DNA of 63,972 nucleotides, the filler included, from Choristocarpus tenellus KU-1152 (Eukaryota; Protista; Phaeophyceae), in NCBI GenBank assembly GCA_964200185.2. It is 11 parts of 11 records of this genome, joined end to end, with 100 filler letters (N's around TTAATTAATTAA, not from the genome) between each part and the next. Parts side by side here need not be neighbours in the genome. Positions count along the whole stretch, not along the records: positions 34,042 to 47,708 come from CAXNAD020001414.1; positions 47,809 to 51,594 come from CAXNAD020017931.1; 9 more parts are not named here. One strand, 5' to 3'. A program made the translations under genes and the position numbers. The notes beneath the pieces were generated by a model. The model was not told the origin of the DNA and searched no databases. It worked only from the letters and a program-made list of their open reading frames with translations. Below, piece by piece: positions 39,634-51,594 of the stretch. Numbering within the stretch: position 1 is the stretch's first letter; every line of letters starts with the position of its first letter.

Positions 39634-39800
39634 ATGTTGATATGCACCCACCCACCTTTATGGCCGTCTTGTTTCCAAGTAGTGACTAGCCCCAGTCTTA
39701 TGATGGAAACTTTCAAGTGTCAACACAGGTCAGTATGGGAAGATGTCATGTCTAAGGAGTTGAAGGGATTGTTGGTTGCAGGTACTTGCAAAAAAGCGAC
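39634..39800 (+). mobile_element. Copia integrase-RT junction remnant
   Basis: PSLMMETFKCQHRSVWEDVMSKELKGLLVAGT matches the copia P.s..EA...W..AM..El..L....T pattern. Confidence 0.5.
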
Positions 39801-40139
39801 TATCACAGAGACGATAAATGATACGAAACAGTTTGAAAAGAGATCTGTGGGGTAATGCATGCTATTACCGAGGTGTAAATTTTGGTGAACCTTTTCTATT
39901 AGTCCAAATGTCCATATTTGGTTAATACAATACCCTTTTTGTAAATAATGTCATAACTAGTCTCAGTATAAAACTACTGCACACACTGTATTGCACGTAT
40001 TGCATGGAAGGTCGCTTGCCCCTTCCACGATAAAAGCAGTACGCTATCAACATGAATTTCAAATGGACCTACACCACGCTGTACAATAAGTAACTTACAG
40101 GCAGGTATCACTTTACCAGCACTTCCTCGTGAGGTTGGT

Positions 40140-40156
40140 GGTGTTGACTAAACACC
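40140..40156 (-). promoter_or_regulatory. Histone mRNA 3' stem-loop of H2B (GGTGTT-TAGTC-AACACC)
   Basis: 62 nt downstream of the stop and identical to the H2A element. Confidence 0.85.
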
Positions 40157-40218
40157 AGTTTGTGCGGGTTGAGTGCAGGTTCCATCATGTGGAAGTTAAC
40201 ACCTCAAGGTAGTCCAAC

Positions 40219-40569
40219 TTAGGACGAGGTGAACTTGGTGACAGCCTTCGTACCCTCAGATACAGCGTGCTTAGCGAGCTCACCAGGGAGCATCAGGCGC
40301 ACAGCCGTCTGCACCTCACGAGACGAAAGGGTAGCCTTCTTGTTGTAACGGGTCAGGCGACCAGACTCGCTCGCCACACGCTCAAACACGTCATTGATGA
40401 ATGAGTTCATGATCGACATGGCCCTCTTAGAGATACCAGTATCGGGGTGGACCTGCTTCAGCACCTTGTAGATGTACGAGCTGTAAGACTCTGTACGCTT
40501 GCTCTTGTTCTTCTTCTCGCCAGCCTTCTTGGGGGCCTTGGCAGACTTCTTGGAGGGTGTCTTGGCCAT
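40219..40569 (-). CDS. H2B: Histone H2B, intronless
   Basis: [31 protein letters not shown]...[18 protein letters not shown]. Confidence 0.99.
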   Translation of the reverse strand: MAKTPSKKSAKAPKKAGEKKNKSKRTESYSSYIYKVLKQVHPDTGISKRAMSIMNSFINDVFERVASESGRLTRYNKKATLSSREVQTAVRLMLPGELAKHAVSEGTKAVTKFTSS

Positions 40570-40945
40570 GATTTCAGGGTTGAGTGGAGCTTGGGAGTAC
40601 GAAGAGAGGAGTAAGGAGAAGGAAACCAGAAAGAGTTGATTTTTTCACTTCATCCAACTATCATCAGATGGGTGTTCCTTTTCGTGCTCCGCTTTTCTTC
40701 TTGATCAATCCGATGGCGATATTCAATTCCCAGCCAATCACAACTAACACCAATTACATGTCGTCAATCCAATCCTATTTTCAAATCACTCCTCTCTACA
40801 TAATATACCAAACTTCAAAATACCTTCACATTTGCAACTCCCCTACCTATCGTTCCACTCTCCACACGTCGATCACAATCTCCTAAATTCGTAAGGGCAC
40901 CAGGAATTTGTACTTATAATATCCACGATCATCAACCAACAAAAT
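40570..40945. promoter_or_regulatory. Bidirectional histone promoter
   Basis: 376 bp between divergent ATGs. CCAAT at 40734, 40750 and 40769, repeated ATC(A/C)GATGG, and TTATAAT near 40914. Confidence 0.65.
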
Positions 40946-41323
40946 ATGTCTGGCAAGGGAAAGGGCGGACGTGGTGACACCAAGAAGTCGACTTCAAGGT
41001 CAGCTAAGGCTGGACTTCAGTTCCCAGTGGGTCGTGTTGGCCGCTTCCTCAAGCAGGGTAAGTATGCGACTCGTGTTGGAGCCGGCGCCCCTGTATACCT
41101 CGCCTCTGTTTTGGAGTACCTGACGGCGGAGGTGCTTGAGCTGGCTGGCAATGCTGCCCGTGACAACAAGAAGGCTCGCATCGTTCCCCGTCACATTCAG
41201 CTCGCTGTTCGTAACGACGAAGAGCTAAACAAACTTCTCGGTGAGGTGACCATCGCATCTGGAGGTGTTTTGCCGAACATCCATGCTGTTCTTCTGCCTA
41301 AGAAGTCTGCGAAGAAGGTTTAA
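40946..41323 (+). CDS. H2A: Histone H2A, canonical type, intronless (no SQE tail)
   Basis: [17 protein letters not shown]...[10 protein letters not shown]...[18 protein letters not shown]. Confidence 0.99.
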   Translation: MSGKGKGGRGDTKKSTSRSAKAGLQFPVGRVGRFLKQGKYATRVGAGAPVYLASVLEYLTAEVLELAGNAARDNKKARIVPRHIQLAVRNDEELNKLLGEVTIASGGVLPNIHAVLLPKKSAKKV

Positions 41324-41386
41324 ACATCTCTCTCTCTCTGACATCACTTGGGTCATGAACTCTTGTGGGACTCTCCCCACCAACTT

Positions 41387-41403
41387 GGTGTTTAGTCAAC
41401 ACC
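41387..41403 (+). promoter_or_regulatory. Histone mRNA 3' stem-loop of H2A (GGTGTT-TAGTC-AACACC)
   Basis: 63 nt downstream of the stop and identical to the H2B element. Confidence 0.85.
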
Positions 41404-41540
41404 ACTCTTGAGCGCCAAGGATTGTCTCCTACTGATTATATTGTACTAGGGTTTAGGCACGGACGTGGATGTAATATGACCTCTATATGACCTCTCACCT
41501 CTCTCAATAGCATTGAGAACTCGTTTCGTGCGATATCTGC

Positions 41541-41822
41541 GTGAAACTACTATATTAGAGGGTGGGAGATTTGCCCTGTTTGTCTGTTTTGGTCTTGGCT
41601 TCCCACGTGGGTTTTTACATTTTCCTACTCAAAAATTTCGAAAGTAGGTAAAATTTGTACGCTTTGAAGTAGTTATCATGTATAAAACTATGAAATGGTC
41701 TGTTAGGAACAAGGATATTGACGCTTCCTAACAAACACGATGACCAAAATTTCATCAAAATCGCAGCGTTGGATTTCGGTCCCCCAAATGGACACGACTC
41801 TACCCTCTAAGATACTTGATTC
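41541..41822. mobile_element. MITE family A, diverged
   Basis: Family interior and terminus TACCCTCTAAGATACTTGATTC. Confidence 0.85.
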
Positions 41823-43338
41823 ATCTATAGAAATGGTCCCATTTCTCCCAAAGCATCTCAACAATTAATTTCAGTTGAACTAGAAGGCATACTGTGTGGC
41901 TTCCTCACAACAAGATGTCCAGAAGATGACAAAGTAAGGGGAGTGACACGCAAGGTTGATCTGATGAAGAGATGGGGTAGCTCTGACAACAGCTCCAGGA
42001 TGAGTACGAAGAAAATGACCTGAAGTGTTAAGTCCTCCCTGCAGAATATGTTCTTGCAACAGATGAGGGTGACTGGAAAGGCATCCTTGTTCCTTTGCCG
42101 ATGATAGTGGTGTTGGCAACAGAGAGCGATTGTACAACCTCATATTTGGTGAGATAATCCTCAATCAGTTGTGGCTCTATACAGTTGTTGAAGCTGCCTT
42201 GAAAGTAGAACTCAGTGTGTGTGCCTCCAACTCGGACAAGATAAATGTTTTTTTTCTTCTTTCCGTTCACAACTGACTCAGAAACATTTTGTGGGATCCA
42301 TTTATGTGCGAACTTACAACTATAGAGCATTGCACTTAATCTTGCATATGTTTGTTGCAGGAACAATAGTAGTAATGTCCACGCTGTGCTCTTTAAGTTA
42401 GCAAATAATGTTTATTGTTTAATGTATAATGTAAAAATCTTGGGGTTACAAAGTGCATGATGCTAAGAAACTGGGTCCGTGGCTTCTCTGTCTTTCCATG
42501 TGCTCCGGACCTTGTAGATGGACTTCCTTGATCTCTTGAACCTTGATTTCTGATACTCTACAGACTTGTCTTGATGATAATGAAAGCACCAGATAAGAAC
42601 TTCTGGGGTGTATGGGATAGAGTGTGAGAAAATCTGGGCTGTTTTGCTTCTTTAATGTTGATCTTGTCCACATTTCAAGAAACATTCCTCAAGTGGTGGA
42701 AGTATTATCATCACTCGATGTAGAAGCCACAGCTGACATCTAATTCAAAGTCGTAATATTGAACCTTCACCTCCAGTCTTCCTCTTCCACCTTCTCACTC
42801 CATATACCTTAGGTTGATATATGGTTTCTTGTTACTATCTGGTTTAGTGATCCTATGGAGATGACAAACCCACGTCAATGTGACCTACCCATTTCTGTTT
42901 TCTTCTTCGCTATAATAGTGCGTTTGTCTGCCTGAAATTATATTTCTCTAATTCTACTCGGAATACTGTGTTGGTGTCCTGCACGATGTATGTATGTGAT
43001 GCGTTTTTCTGAACGCGTTTAGATTTTTGGTTGGATCGATGTGCACTTTGATAGTAGGACGCTCACTGCGGTCTCAAGTAGTATTGCAAGTCTCTCTTTA
43101 TTTTGTTGTTCGAAGTGCTCGTATGATAGTCCCTGATTTCATCTGAAGAGGACCATGTCCATTCTACAAATATGGTCATGCCTCCTATTATTTCATTCTC
43201 GTCCTGAAATGATAGATACAGCACTTCCCTATGACCAGGTTGCTCATGAAGGCGAGAAAGATCTCCAGACCTTAGACTTACCAGCCAATATCCACAGCAA
43301 GAGACGGAAGAACTTGGGTGGGCATTCTACAAGGGAAC

Positions 43339-43521
43339 AGCTCAAAGTATCTGGGGGGAGGTGACGGCTGTCCATTCGGGGTCCATTTTTCATGTTGCAC
43401 AATGTTTGGGTGATTTGGTTGCATGAGTCAGATGGATAATGTAAGTTCGCTTCTCCTGGTAAGGGCCCAAATGGACACCCTGGTGTAGACCCCCTCTCCC
43501 CCCTCCCAGATATTTTGAGCC
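43339..43521. mobile_element. MITE family B, complete (flanks AAC/AGC)
   Basis: AGCTCAAAGTATCTGGGG...CCCAGATATTTTGAGCC. Confidence 0.9.
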
Positions 43522-45444
43522 AGCAATGGGAGAAACAGGTGAGGAAGAAGGGGACTCTGTTTGGAAGATTGAAGACAACGAGGAACTGGGGGGATGAGGA
43601 CTGGTGTATGCTAAGAATAGAAGGTAGTGAAGTTGAGAATTGAGCTAGCATCAAGGTCTGGGACTTGATTATTCGTAAGGGGAGTTTGTTCCAAAATTGA
43701 AGGGATGAAAGGGAGTGGGAGGTACTCAAGGCAGAGGATGGTGTACTGCAGAGGTCTTTCAGAATGCACAGGAGGGAAAAAATAGTTACGACAGGGACAC
43801 CTGTGAAGGAGGGTAGATTTGTAGTGAGAGGTGCACCATTTGATAGTCAGGTGTTACGGGAACGCTACGGCAAGGCCAGCATGTCTCTCCTCCCACAGTC
43901 CCTTTGACTCTCCTGTGATGTTAGCCCTGATACTCCCCTCACATATCACACCTACTCCCCCAGTGCTCAAAAGGCCTATTCCCGTCTGTGTATGCGCAAT
44001 AAATGGCCAGGAGAGTCCCCAGTGGTCCCACGTCCCTGTTTTGTTTTGTACACCTCCCTCTCTTCCCTCTCTTGAATTCCTGCTGCTGATCACTCTCTAC
44101 TTCAAACTAGCAGTCAGTCCAGCAAGTCCATTGTTCCTGCCCTACTTAACTCCATTGAGCTAGATTACTGCTTTTCAGAACACTACATAGAGTGACTACC
44201 TGTTGCAGACCCAAGACAGGTCCTCCTGCAACATCTGGGCCTCATCCTAATTCCTCCCTCCCTTTACAATCACACTTCTTCTAACCGTTCATCATTAGGC
44301 CTGCACCAGACTCGACTGACCCCCAGGAGGCATCATTTGATACTCCAACCTGGTCCAAACGATATGGGAATGAAGCAGGGGAGCTTGAAGAGCAACAATA
44401 ACAGGAGGTTAGTTCACAGGTGAGGGTCCTGATGCTGACATTCACAAATATGCAAACAAGCAGATTTGAAAACAAGCACTAGAGCTCTATAGCACCAACA
44501 CGCATGTTATCATTTATCTGCAAATATTGCATTTGCACACACTCACAGGCTGCAACACGGTAATAGCTCTTACCTATTGTTACTCCTTGAACACTTATCT
44601 GCTCAGCCCTAGAAATCTCAGACCCTCTGTTGTCAACCTTGGCTGTATAGTGTTGTGCGGTGGAAAGTATGTTCATTGTGATATTTCGAAGCAAATAGTG
44701 CTTCACTTCAAATTTACTCCGGAGCCATCCTTATATGCTGCATGTACACCTTAAGAAAGCAATGCCATAGAAGTTTGGGCATTTAAAGTGGGTGTGTATA
44801 TCGGCTAAGAACAGGAAAACATAATATTAATTGTACCTAGTCATCGACCATTGGCGCCTATGGTGACAGAATTGGTATTATATTTTGGCCTTCGTCATGT
44901 CGAGTGGTGGTAATTGGCAGGGGTACATTTTAAAAATGAATATTCTGAGTACAAAGGAATATATATGTCAGTAGTCATGCATGTTATTCTAGTAGCTGGA
45001 ATACTAATACTTCTTCGAAGGATAGGCGAGTGAGACACTTCTCCTGTGTTGCTCCATCCACGATCACACTTGAATCACACTACTACTTCTCCCAGGGTTG
45101 GTTTGTCGATCAATGTCTTACTGGTCAGTCATTTAAATGGAGCTTTGGTTAGTCAGAAGTAGAGTATGACTAAGAATGAAACTGTTGACGCTATACTTCA
45201 AATACGATTCAATCGTTAGTGGTAGAAGTATGTATAGCGTTATATTGCTCTACCGACGTTCAATTTCTTACATGGTGTAATATCTGGATTTCCTTATTAA
45301 ATGACGACTTGCCAAGCTATGTCCTCTATATAACGTTGTTCTGGCCCATTCTACTGCCAGCCTTTGTGGTAAAAGAGGTGTCTGGTACTGGTGAACTCTA
45401 GTACAACAGGGATGAAGGGCATCACATCGCGGAAGTTAACATTG

Positions 45445-45623
45445 GACCCAAGGTATCTGGGGGGGAGGGGGAGTGTACACAAGGGTGTCCATTTGGCCCA
45501 AGATCAGGAAAAGTGCATTTACATTATCCATCCGATGTATGCAACCACATCATCCAAAAATCGCGACATGAAAAAATTAACCCCAACTGGACAGCCGCTA
45601 CCCCCCCGAAGATACTTTGAGCC
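45445..45623. mobile_element. MITE family B, reverse orientation, TSD ATTG
   Basis: GACCCAAGGTATCTGGGG...AGATACTTTGAGCC with ATTG on both flanks. Confidence 0.9.
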
Positions 45624-45629
45624 ATTGGC

Positions 45630-46050
45630 ACAAGAGCAAACTTCTACTCAACTAGGCTGGGCAACAACTTCAGGTAGAAGGGGGAAGCGTACCAACATGC
45701 TGCCTTCGTACTGAAGAGGATGGCTACAGATTCGCACAAGGATGCCTCACCACAATCATACCCTGTATGGTGAAGTGGACTTGCTGACGGGGTTGCCGTC
45801 TTTGGTAAACCATATATTTATCGTGTATAATAGTGCGCGCACCATAAAAGGTTGGCTGGAGGGGACGAAAATACAACATGGTTGGGAATGTTGGTTGATT
45901 TGCCACGAGGAACATTTCTTGTGCTAGATACACACACACAGACGAATTACGCATTGCAGTGAGCAGGTGTGCACTGGCATTCAATGAAGAATGGGGCACC
46001 CATTTTTCCTCCATAGGATCTAGATCACGACAGAGTTGGATTGAGGATGA
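45630..46050 (-). mobile_element. Possible second RLE-LINE remnant
   Basis: GEMGAPFFIE resembles GIGTPFTME in the 5325-5897 copy. Heavily decayed. Confidence 0.3.
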
Positions 46051-46305
46051 CAAAGAAGAGTCACGCCTCATCTACACTTATCCTCTACACTCGCCATGGG
46101 GAACCAGTTCACTTGCAGTGACCTTACCCCTGGTTCATGAGCTGGGGGTGGGTGGGGATAGAACTTCCTGGGTTGAGGAAGGCGTAGGAAATGACAAGGA
46201 AGAAGATGAAGAGGAACAAGATATCGAGGAGGACGTCAGCAAAGTGAAAAGAGAACTAAAAAAATACAATAGATTCTGCTAGGGCCTTTATTGCATCCAA
46301 CTCCT

Positions 46306-46566
46306 GAGTCAAAGTATCTTATAGGGTAGAGCCACGTCCATTTGGGGGATCAAATTCAAAGTTGAAATTTTTATGTAATTTTAGTTATCGTGTTTGTTAG
46401 GAGGTATCAATATCCTTGTTCCGGACACTCCTTTTTCATAATGTATACATTTTACCTACTCCGAAACATATTGGAGTTAGGTTTAATATCATTCAAAACC
46501 CGTGGAAAGTCAAGCCCCAAATTGACAAACAGGAAAAATCTCGTACCCTCTAAGATGCTCTCACTC
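46306..46566. mobile_element. MITE family A, complete, TSD TCCT
   Basis: GAGTCAAAGTATCTTATAGGGTA...TACCCTCTAAGATGCTCTCACTC with TCCT on both flanks. Confidence 0.9.
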
Positions 46567-46899
46567 TCCTAGGTCTTTCAGTCGAGCCACCTACTTAGTC
46601 CGCTATGTGCACAGAGCTTAAATCACTGTTCCCAAGCTCCCTCGTAACACTTCTGAGTAGAGGGCAGGTTGCTTCTCTGGTGCTTTCTCGACTGTAAGGC
46701 ACTCAAATATATGATCTCCCCTTCCTGACTCAAGAGCTGCTCCCCCCAATGGATTTGTGGACAAGACCATTGGAGGTTAGATTTACATTGTCCCTATCCC
46801 CCCTAGATGTACCATATGCCAATCTATTCTCCTTCCCCAGTCCATATTGTTCACAGTAAAAAACAAACCACCCCCCTGCTACCTCCAGTAACCCACTAT

Positions 46900-47600
46900 A
46901 CTCATCACACACCCCATCCTCTTATCCTTTGCCCCTCCCCACTTTCTAGACTAATGGACACAGTCGTCTACACCCACCCCTACCATTTCCCAATCCTTCA
47001 ATGAACCATACAACTCACTGGCTACCTAATTATTCTACTGGCATGACAAATTATGAGCAGATCATCTTTGATGGTTCCTGGAGAACTCCCACTGGCAATA
47101 TACACAACAACCAGAACATTTTCACCCTTGCAATCTCGGGAAACACTAGGGCCCTGCTGTTACTGACCCAAAGTATCTGAGGGGGGGGGGGTGTCTACAC
47201 AGGGGTGTCCATTTGGGACAAAATCTGGAAAAGTGCATTTACATTATCCATCAGACGTATGCAACGAAATCACCCAACAATCGCGTCATTAAAAAATTGA
47301 CCTCAAATGAACAGCCCACCTCTGCTATATCCCCTAGGTCTGCACAATCTAGGCTATCCGATTCCGCCACATCCCTCATCTTATCCCATAAAATATAGGT
47401 GACCCAAGAACAGTGTACAGTGATCGAAAGACTGGGTGTGCTACAATACGAATATGTAGATATCCCACAACTTGAGTCGCACAGACACAGGCACACCACC
47501 CTGGCCTGGCTACCTACTTGTATAGACAAGATTTAGTCAAGGCCAGGCAAATGCCAATGTCCTCATATGTGGGTGTGCTGGTTCAAGAGGATTTCTTTCT
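46900..47600 (+). mobile_element. Possible retrotransposon RNase H-like remnant split by a MITE
   Basis: QIIFDGSW near 47060-47080 resembles the RNase H IxxDGS motif. Confidence 0.35.
47165..47320. mobile_element. MITE family B, reverse orientation, one end lost
   Basis: GACCCAAAGTATCTGAGGGG terminus and interior ACATTATCCATC. Confidence 0.85.
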
Positions 47601-48457
47601 CCAAGGGTGTTTAGAAAACACCAGGTGTTGTGATATCGTGTCATATATGGAGCCACGTGAGAATTGAAACCGCTTCAACCGATTGGAACGCCTTGAGCTT
47701 AGCCCCCGNNNNNNNNNNNNNNNNNNNNNNNNNNNNNNNNNNNNNNNNNNNNTTAATTAATTAANNNNNNNNNNNNNNNNNNNNNNNNNNNNNNNNNNNN
47801 NNNNNNNNAAATGTTTTGTTTTTTTTTTAATCTCGTTTCATACCGTAATGAATCTTCCTTCTGATATAGGGCTAGGGTTACATTTATCACTAAAAAAAAT
47901 TGAAGTGGGAGGTTTACATCTAACTCTCTAAATTTGAACAAAAACAGTTATCAGCAACACTCCAATATGAGTCCTTTGAGGTATGCACAAGGTGTTTATC
48001 AACAAACTGCACAAACCGATCTGTGTTTGGAATGCGATTTTCTAGAAAAGTAGCAGACACTGTATTCATGATGCGCATCATCTCTTGAACAATAACATTT
48101 CTTCACCAATAAAAAAATAATTTCAAGGAGGAGAAACACGGCACTCAGTCCAGTCGTAACAGAAACTTCGAATGTTCTCAAAATTAAATACTTGAACGTA
48201 GCAGATCGTACATGTTGCCAGCAGGAGTGGCGATAATGAGCAAAACAAGAAGCCGTTCATGTAGAGTATGTGCCAACAATTTCACCTCCACAGCCCCAAT
48301 TCCATTCTGATCAGACCAAACACAATGTGCACAACCCACAAAAGCTTCTCAATGCCTAAATTGGCCATTTTCCTTCCGAGTTCGATCCCTGGCCTTGCAT
48401 TTTCCTCTCACCTCTATCACCTCCAACGCCATCTTGACTCTGGGGCTCATTCCCAAC

Positions 48458-49190
48458 CTTAGGGCTTTGGAACCTTTCTCCGCCAACCTCCTTAATATCC
48501 CTCATCGAAGCATAGGTATCAACTGCAGACTCTCCGAGGCCAAGATCATCTATCGCTGACCTTCCCAGCTCGTCCAAGGCTGTCTCCAGTGCACCTCTCG
48601 CCCGCTTGATGCGCTCAGGTAGGTTCTTAGGCATAGAAAAGCGAGCTACCCTGCCTCCTCCATCTCTTCCATCTCTACCCTCATTTCCAGCTGCATTACG
48701 AGCTCTTTGTCTCGCTTCCGCGGCCGAACCCAAGGGTCCATCTTCTTCTTCCTTCACTTGGTGTGCCATACGAAGTCCTGTCCTTGCATGACTACGACCT
48801 GACAAGATTCTGCGAGAAGGTGGAAGGACTAATTTGTTGCAAGCGCATACTTATCTAGGCATGCCGAGTTTCTGGGAGAAAGTCAGCATCGATATTACTA
48901 TCTCTATTGTATGAATCGGTCCCCAGTGTCTGGTGTCCATTGGACAGGGACTAGGAATGCTGATGAAGAACAATCAAGTCGTCGGCACCTGACCATTATT
49001 CATTGTGGAGACAAATAATGCTACCTCCCATACACTAGGCAACCTAACCTTACCTCGACCATGTCGTGTATGCCCCATGGAGCGCACGATTGGAAGGTAG
49101 AAAACCGTGGCCCAAGTCCACTCCCATGAATCCAAGGAGCAGGGTAACCATCGACAGTCGCGCAAGGCGAGGATGTGGAATATTCATCAT
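48458..49190 (-). CDS. 5' part of a predicted plastid-targeted protein. Exons 49190-49054 and 48809-48458; the rest was not found
   Basis: Spliced via AG|GTAAGG and CGCAG|A (phase 2): MMNIPHPRLARLSMVTLLLGFMGVDLGHG-FLPSNRALHGAYTTWSRILSGRSHARTGLRMAHQVKEEE. This reads as signal peptide, +1 Phe, then a basic transit peptide ending LRM. Confidence 0.7.
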
Positions 49191-49616
49191 CGGGATAAGC
49201 GAGCACTGTGACAGGTGCCACTTAGATTACCTCCTTTCTTGGTACACAGCCAATTTACAAGTTGGTCTTGTCCACCCTTGCTCCAGGGTCGGACACGCCC
49301 TTGTTGAGCGGTCATTCAGGTTGGTATCATTCAGGTTGACGTTGAGAGTTGAGGTGAAGGAAGATATGTCATGTACCGTTTATTACATAGCGTTGAACGG
49401 TATTAGGTTGCTGAAAAATACTCATAATTTTACGTAAAACCTTCAACTTAATCTTACTTAAAACCTTCAATCAGTTGACGTTACAATAAATAAAGGGCAT
49501 TCATTGGTTTATACCGCTTTTTCCTGTGAAGTTGGTTGAGACCACTTGTACATGAACTCCACCACAGGTTCAATTGTTGGGTGAAATCACTCTCTGAAGG
49601 TGATCCTTTGGGCATA

Positions 49617-49772
49617 ATGAGGTCAGCACTTGCATTGGTTTCATTATGGGGACTGAATTTCCAACATGTGTATGGTTTTGTTGCACCCGCTCGAGGATTT
49701 TTACCATCGGGTGTATCAATGGGAACTGGGAGCGGAGGGAGGCTTGCCATGTCCGCAGGACAGAACCCGAAG
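49617..49772 (+). CDS. First exon of a second predicted plastid-targeted protein
   Basis: MRSALALVSLWGLNFQHVYG-FVAPARGFLPSGVSMGTGSGGRLAMSAGQNPK|GT, an ASAFAP-like bipartite presequence. Downstream exons not resolved. Confidence 0.6.
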
Positions 49773-51423
49773 GTGGGAGCTCAATCCATACAGTCGACAC
49801 CGCCTTCCGAATGCGTGTGGTGTATTTCTTTGCGTGTGTTTATCGATCGAAGATAGGCCACCTGTTTAATGACATGTTTTTGCATCCCCCGCGGCTGCCG
49901 AGGTTGGCAGTCCCTGTCCATTAGGTGTCTGGTGCCCAGTAGGTCCAAGTCTCCCTTTGAGTGCCTACCACACGTTTTGCGGCCTTTTCCTTGATTGACT
50001 GGAACCAAGAGATACCAATACCTCTTGCGACATGAGAATGATCTTAATCGAGGTGGGCTACCACGTGCACCAATGAAGTGATTGACTACATGGGTCGTTG
50101 ATGTACCAAGTGGACCGAATTCAATTTCAGGGTACATGGAATCATACGTGTCTTATCCATTGTCGACTATTGTCGATGAGGATAGCCTAGCATTAGGATT
50201 ATCTCTCATATACTACAATCGGTAACAATCAGAAGGTGCCTCTCGCTTGATGCTGGGGTCTCAATCAACTGAGTCAAAAGCAACGTTGCCATTATATTCC
50301 TCTGAACATCGTTTCCTTCTCAGCTGAAAGCAGTCGCGTAGACAAATCTGATCGTCCAGTCCTTGCTCAATCGCTCTGCTGCGCTTGCACATACTCTCTA
50401 GTGCCTCTGATACCCCCTCCATCAATGATCAACAATTGCCAGATCATCATGCCCTGCCCTTGTTCGTTCCCTCTCGACATATCACTATCCTACCCGTACG
50501 TTCCAGATCTGGTATCCCAAGTCCCTGTCCATGATGCCCAGCCCAGACGATCCACCTGAGGTGGACCCTCGCCGAAGGTACACTGGCTTTTGCTCGAAAA
50601 CGATGAGTCATGCATCTTTTCCGTCTCACACTATACTCTTTGGAAAATCCTCCATCTCGACGAGATGAAGAAGGAAAGATGGATTGTTGCTGTTACCTTT
50701 TTTCACCGCTTGATTAATGACTTTGTTTTGCAATGTTGATTTATGCTGGAAAGTTCTTTGTACCTTTCGTGTTCCACCGTACTAGTCCTTGTGGGTAACG
50801 ACTCACTGCTGATACGCCAAACGATCTTTTATCGCACATCAAGACCCCAAATCGAAAAGTGCACTTAGCACTAACTAGTGTATCTGCTTGACGTGAACAT
50901 TTCTAGGGATTAGCACTGTTCCTCAACCTGATGCACGGCAAAGAGTGTTCAGTGGTGAAAAGTTAAGGGTGGTGTCGTGGAGATGATGCTACTGAAAATC
51001 ACTCTGCCATTAGTCAGTGCTATGTTCCACATCTTCATGATGCATAGAAGTCAAAGCGGTTTGCGTCCGTGACTTGTTCGCTTAGATCTGTGTAGCCTAA
51101 TGCGCCCTGCCTTCGCTCTATGGTGACCTGATCTTCACACGGATGATGAAATTTTTTCGACAACTTGAGAGTGGTGGTCTCCTTCCCCCCCCATGATACC
51201 AATATTATTATTTTTGTGGGCTATTCTTCGTCTTGTTGCAGAACAGCCATCGGTATCCCAAACCTCTGTTGTGTGAGAGTGACAGCGAAAGCAGCAGAAG
51301 TATCACTTTTTATCTGTCAGGTGTGAAGAGGAAACCGTCTTTGGTGTAAGTTCAATACGGTGGTTTGAGGTGGTTTGCCATTCTACACTGAGGATCTCTC
51401 TGGGTTAGTAGCCCATTGAAGTG

Positions 51424-51450
51424 TTAGGGTTAGGGTTAGGGTTAGGGTTA
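51424..51450 (+). repeat. Interstitial (TTAGGG)4.5
   Basis: Direct reading. Degenerate runs also at about 10048-10078 and 54991-55007. Confidence 0.85.
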
Positions 51451-51527
51451 GTTACAGCACTACAATCCATAATTGCATTGTGTGATAATAACGTATGCAT
51501 TGATTGCTTTGAGGAGAGGGCAGAGGA

Positions 51528-51594
51528 AGGGGGGGGGGGGGGTCTCCACCGGGGTGTCCATTTGTGCCAAAACCAGGAAAGGGGCTTTTACAAT
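51528..51594. mobile_element. MITE family B fragment at contig end
   Basis: Poly-G followed by GGGGTGTCCATTTGTGCCAAAACCAGGAAA. Confidence 0.65.

Noticed and set aside
40946-41323. H2A.X or H2A.Z variant
   Set aside because: No SQ(E/D) C-terminal motif and no H2A.Z signature residues.
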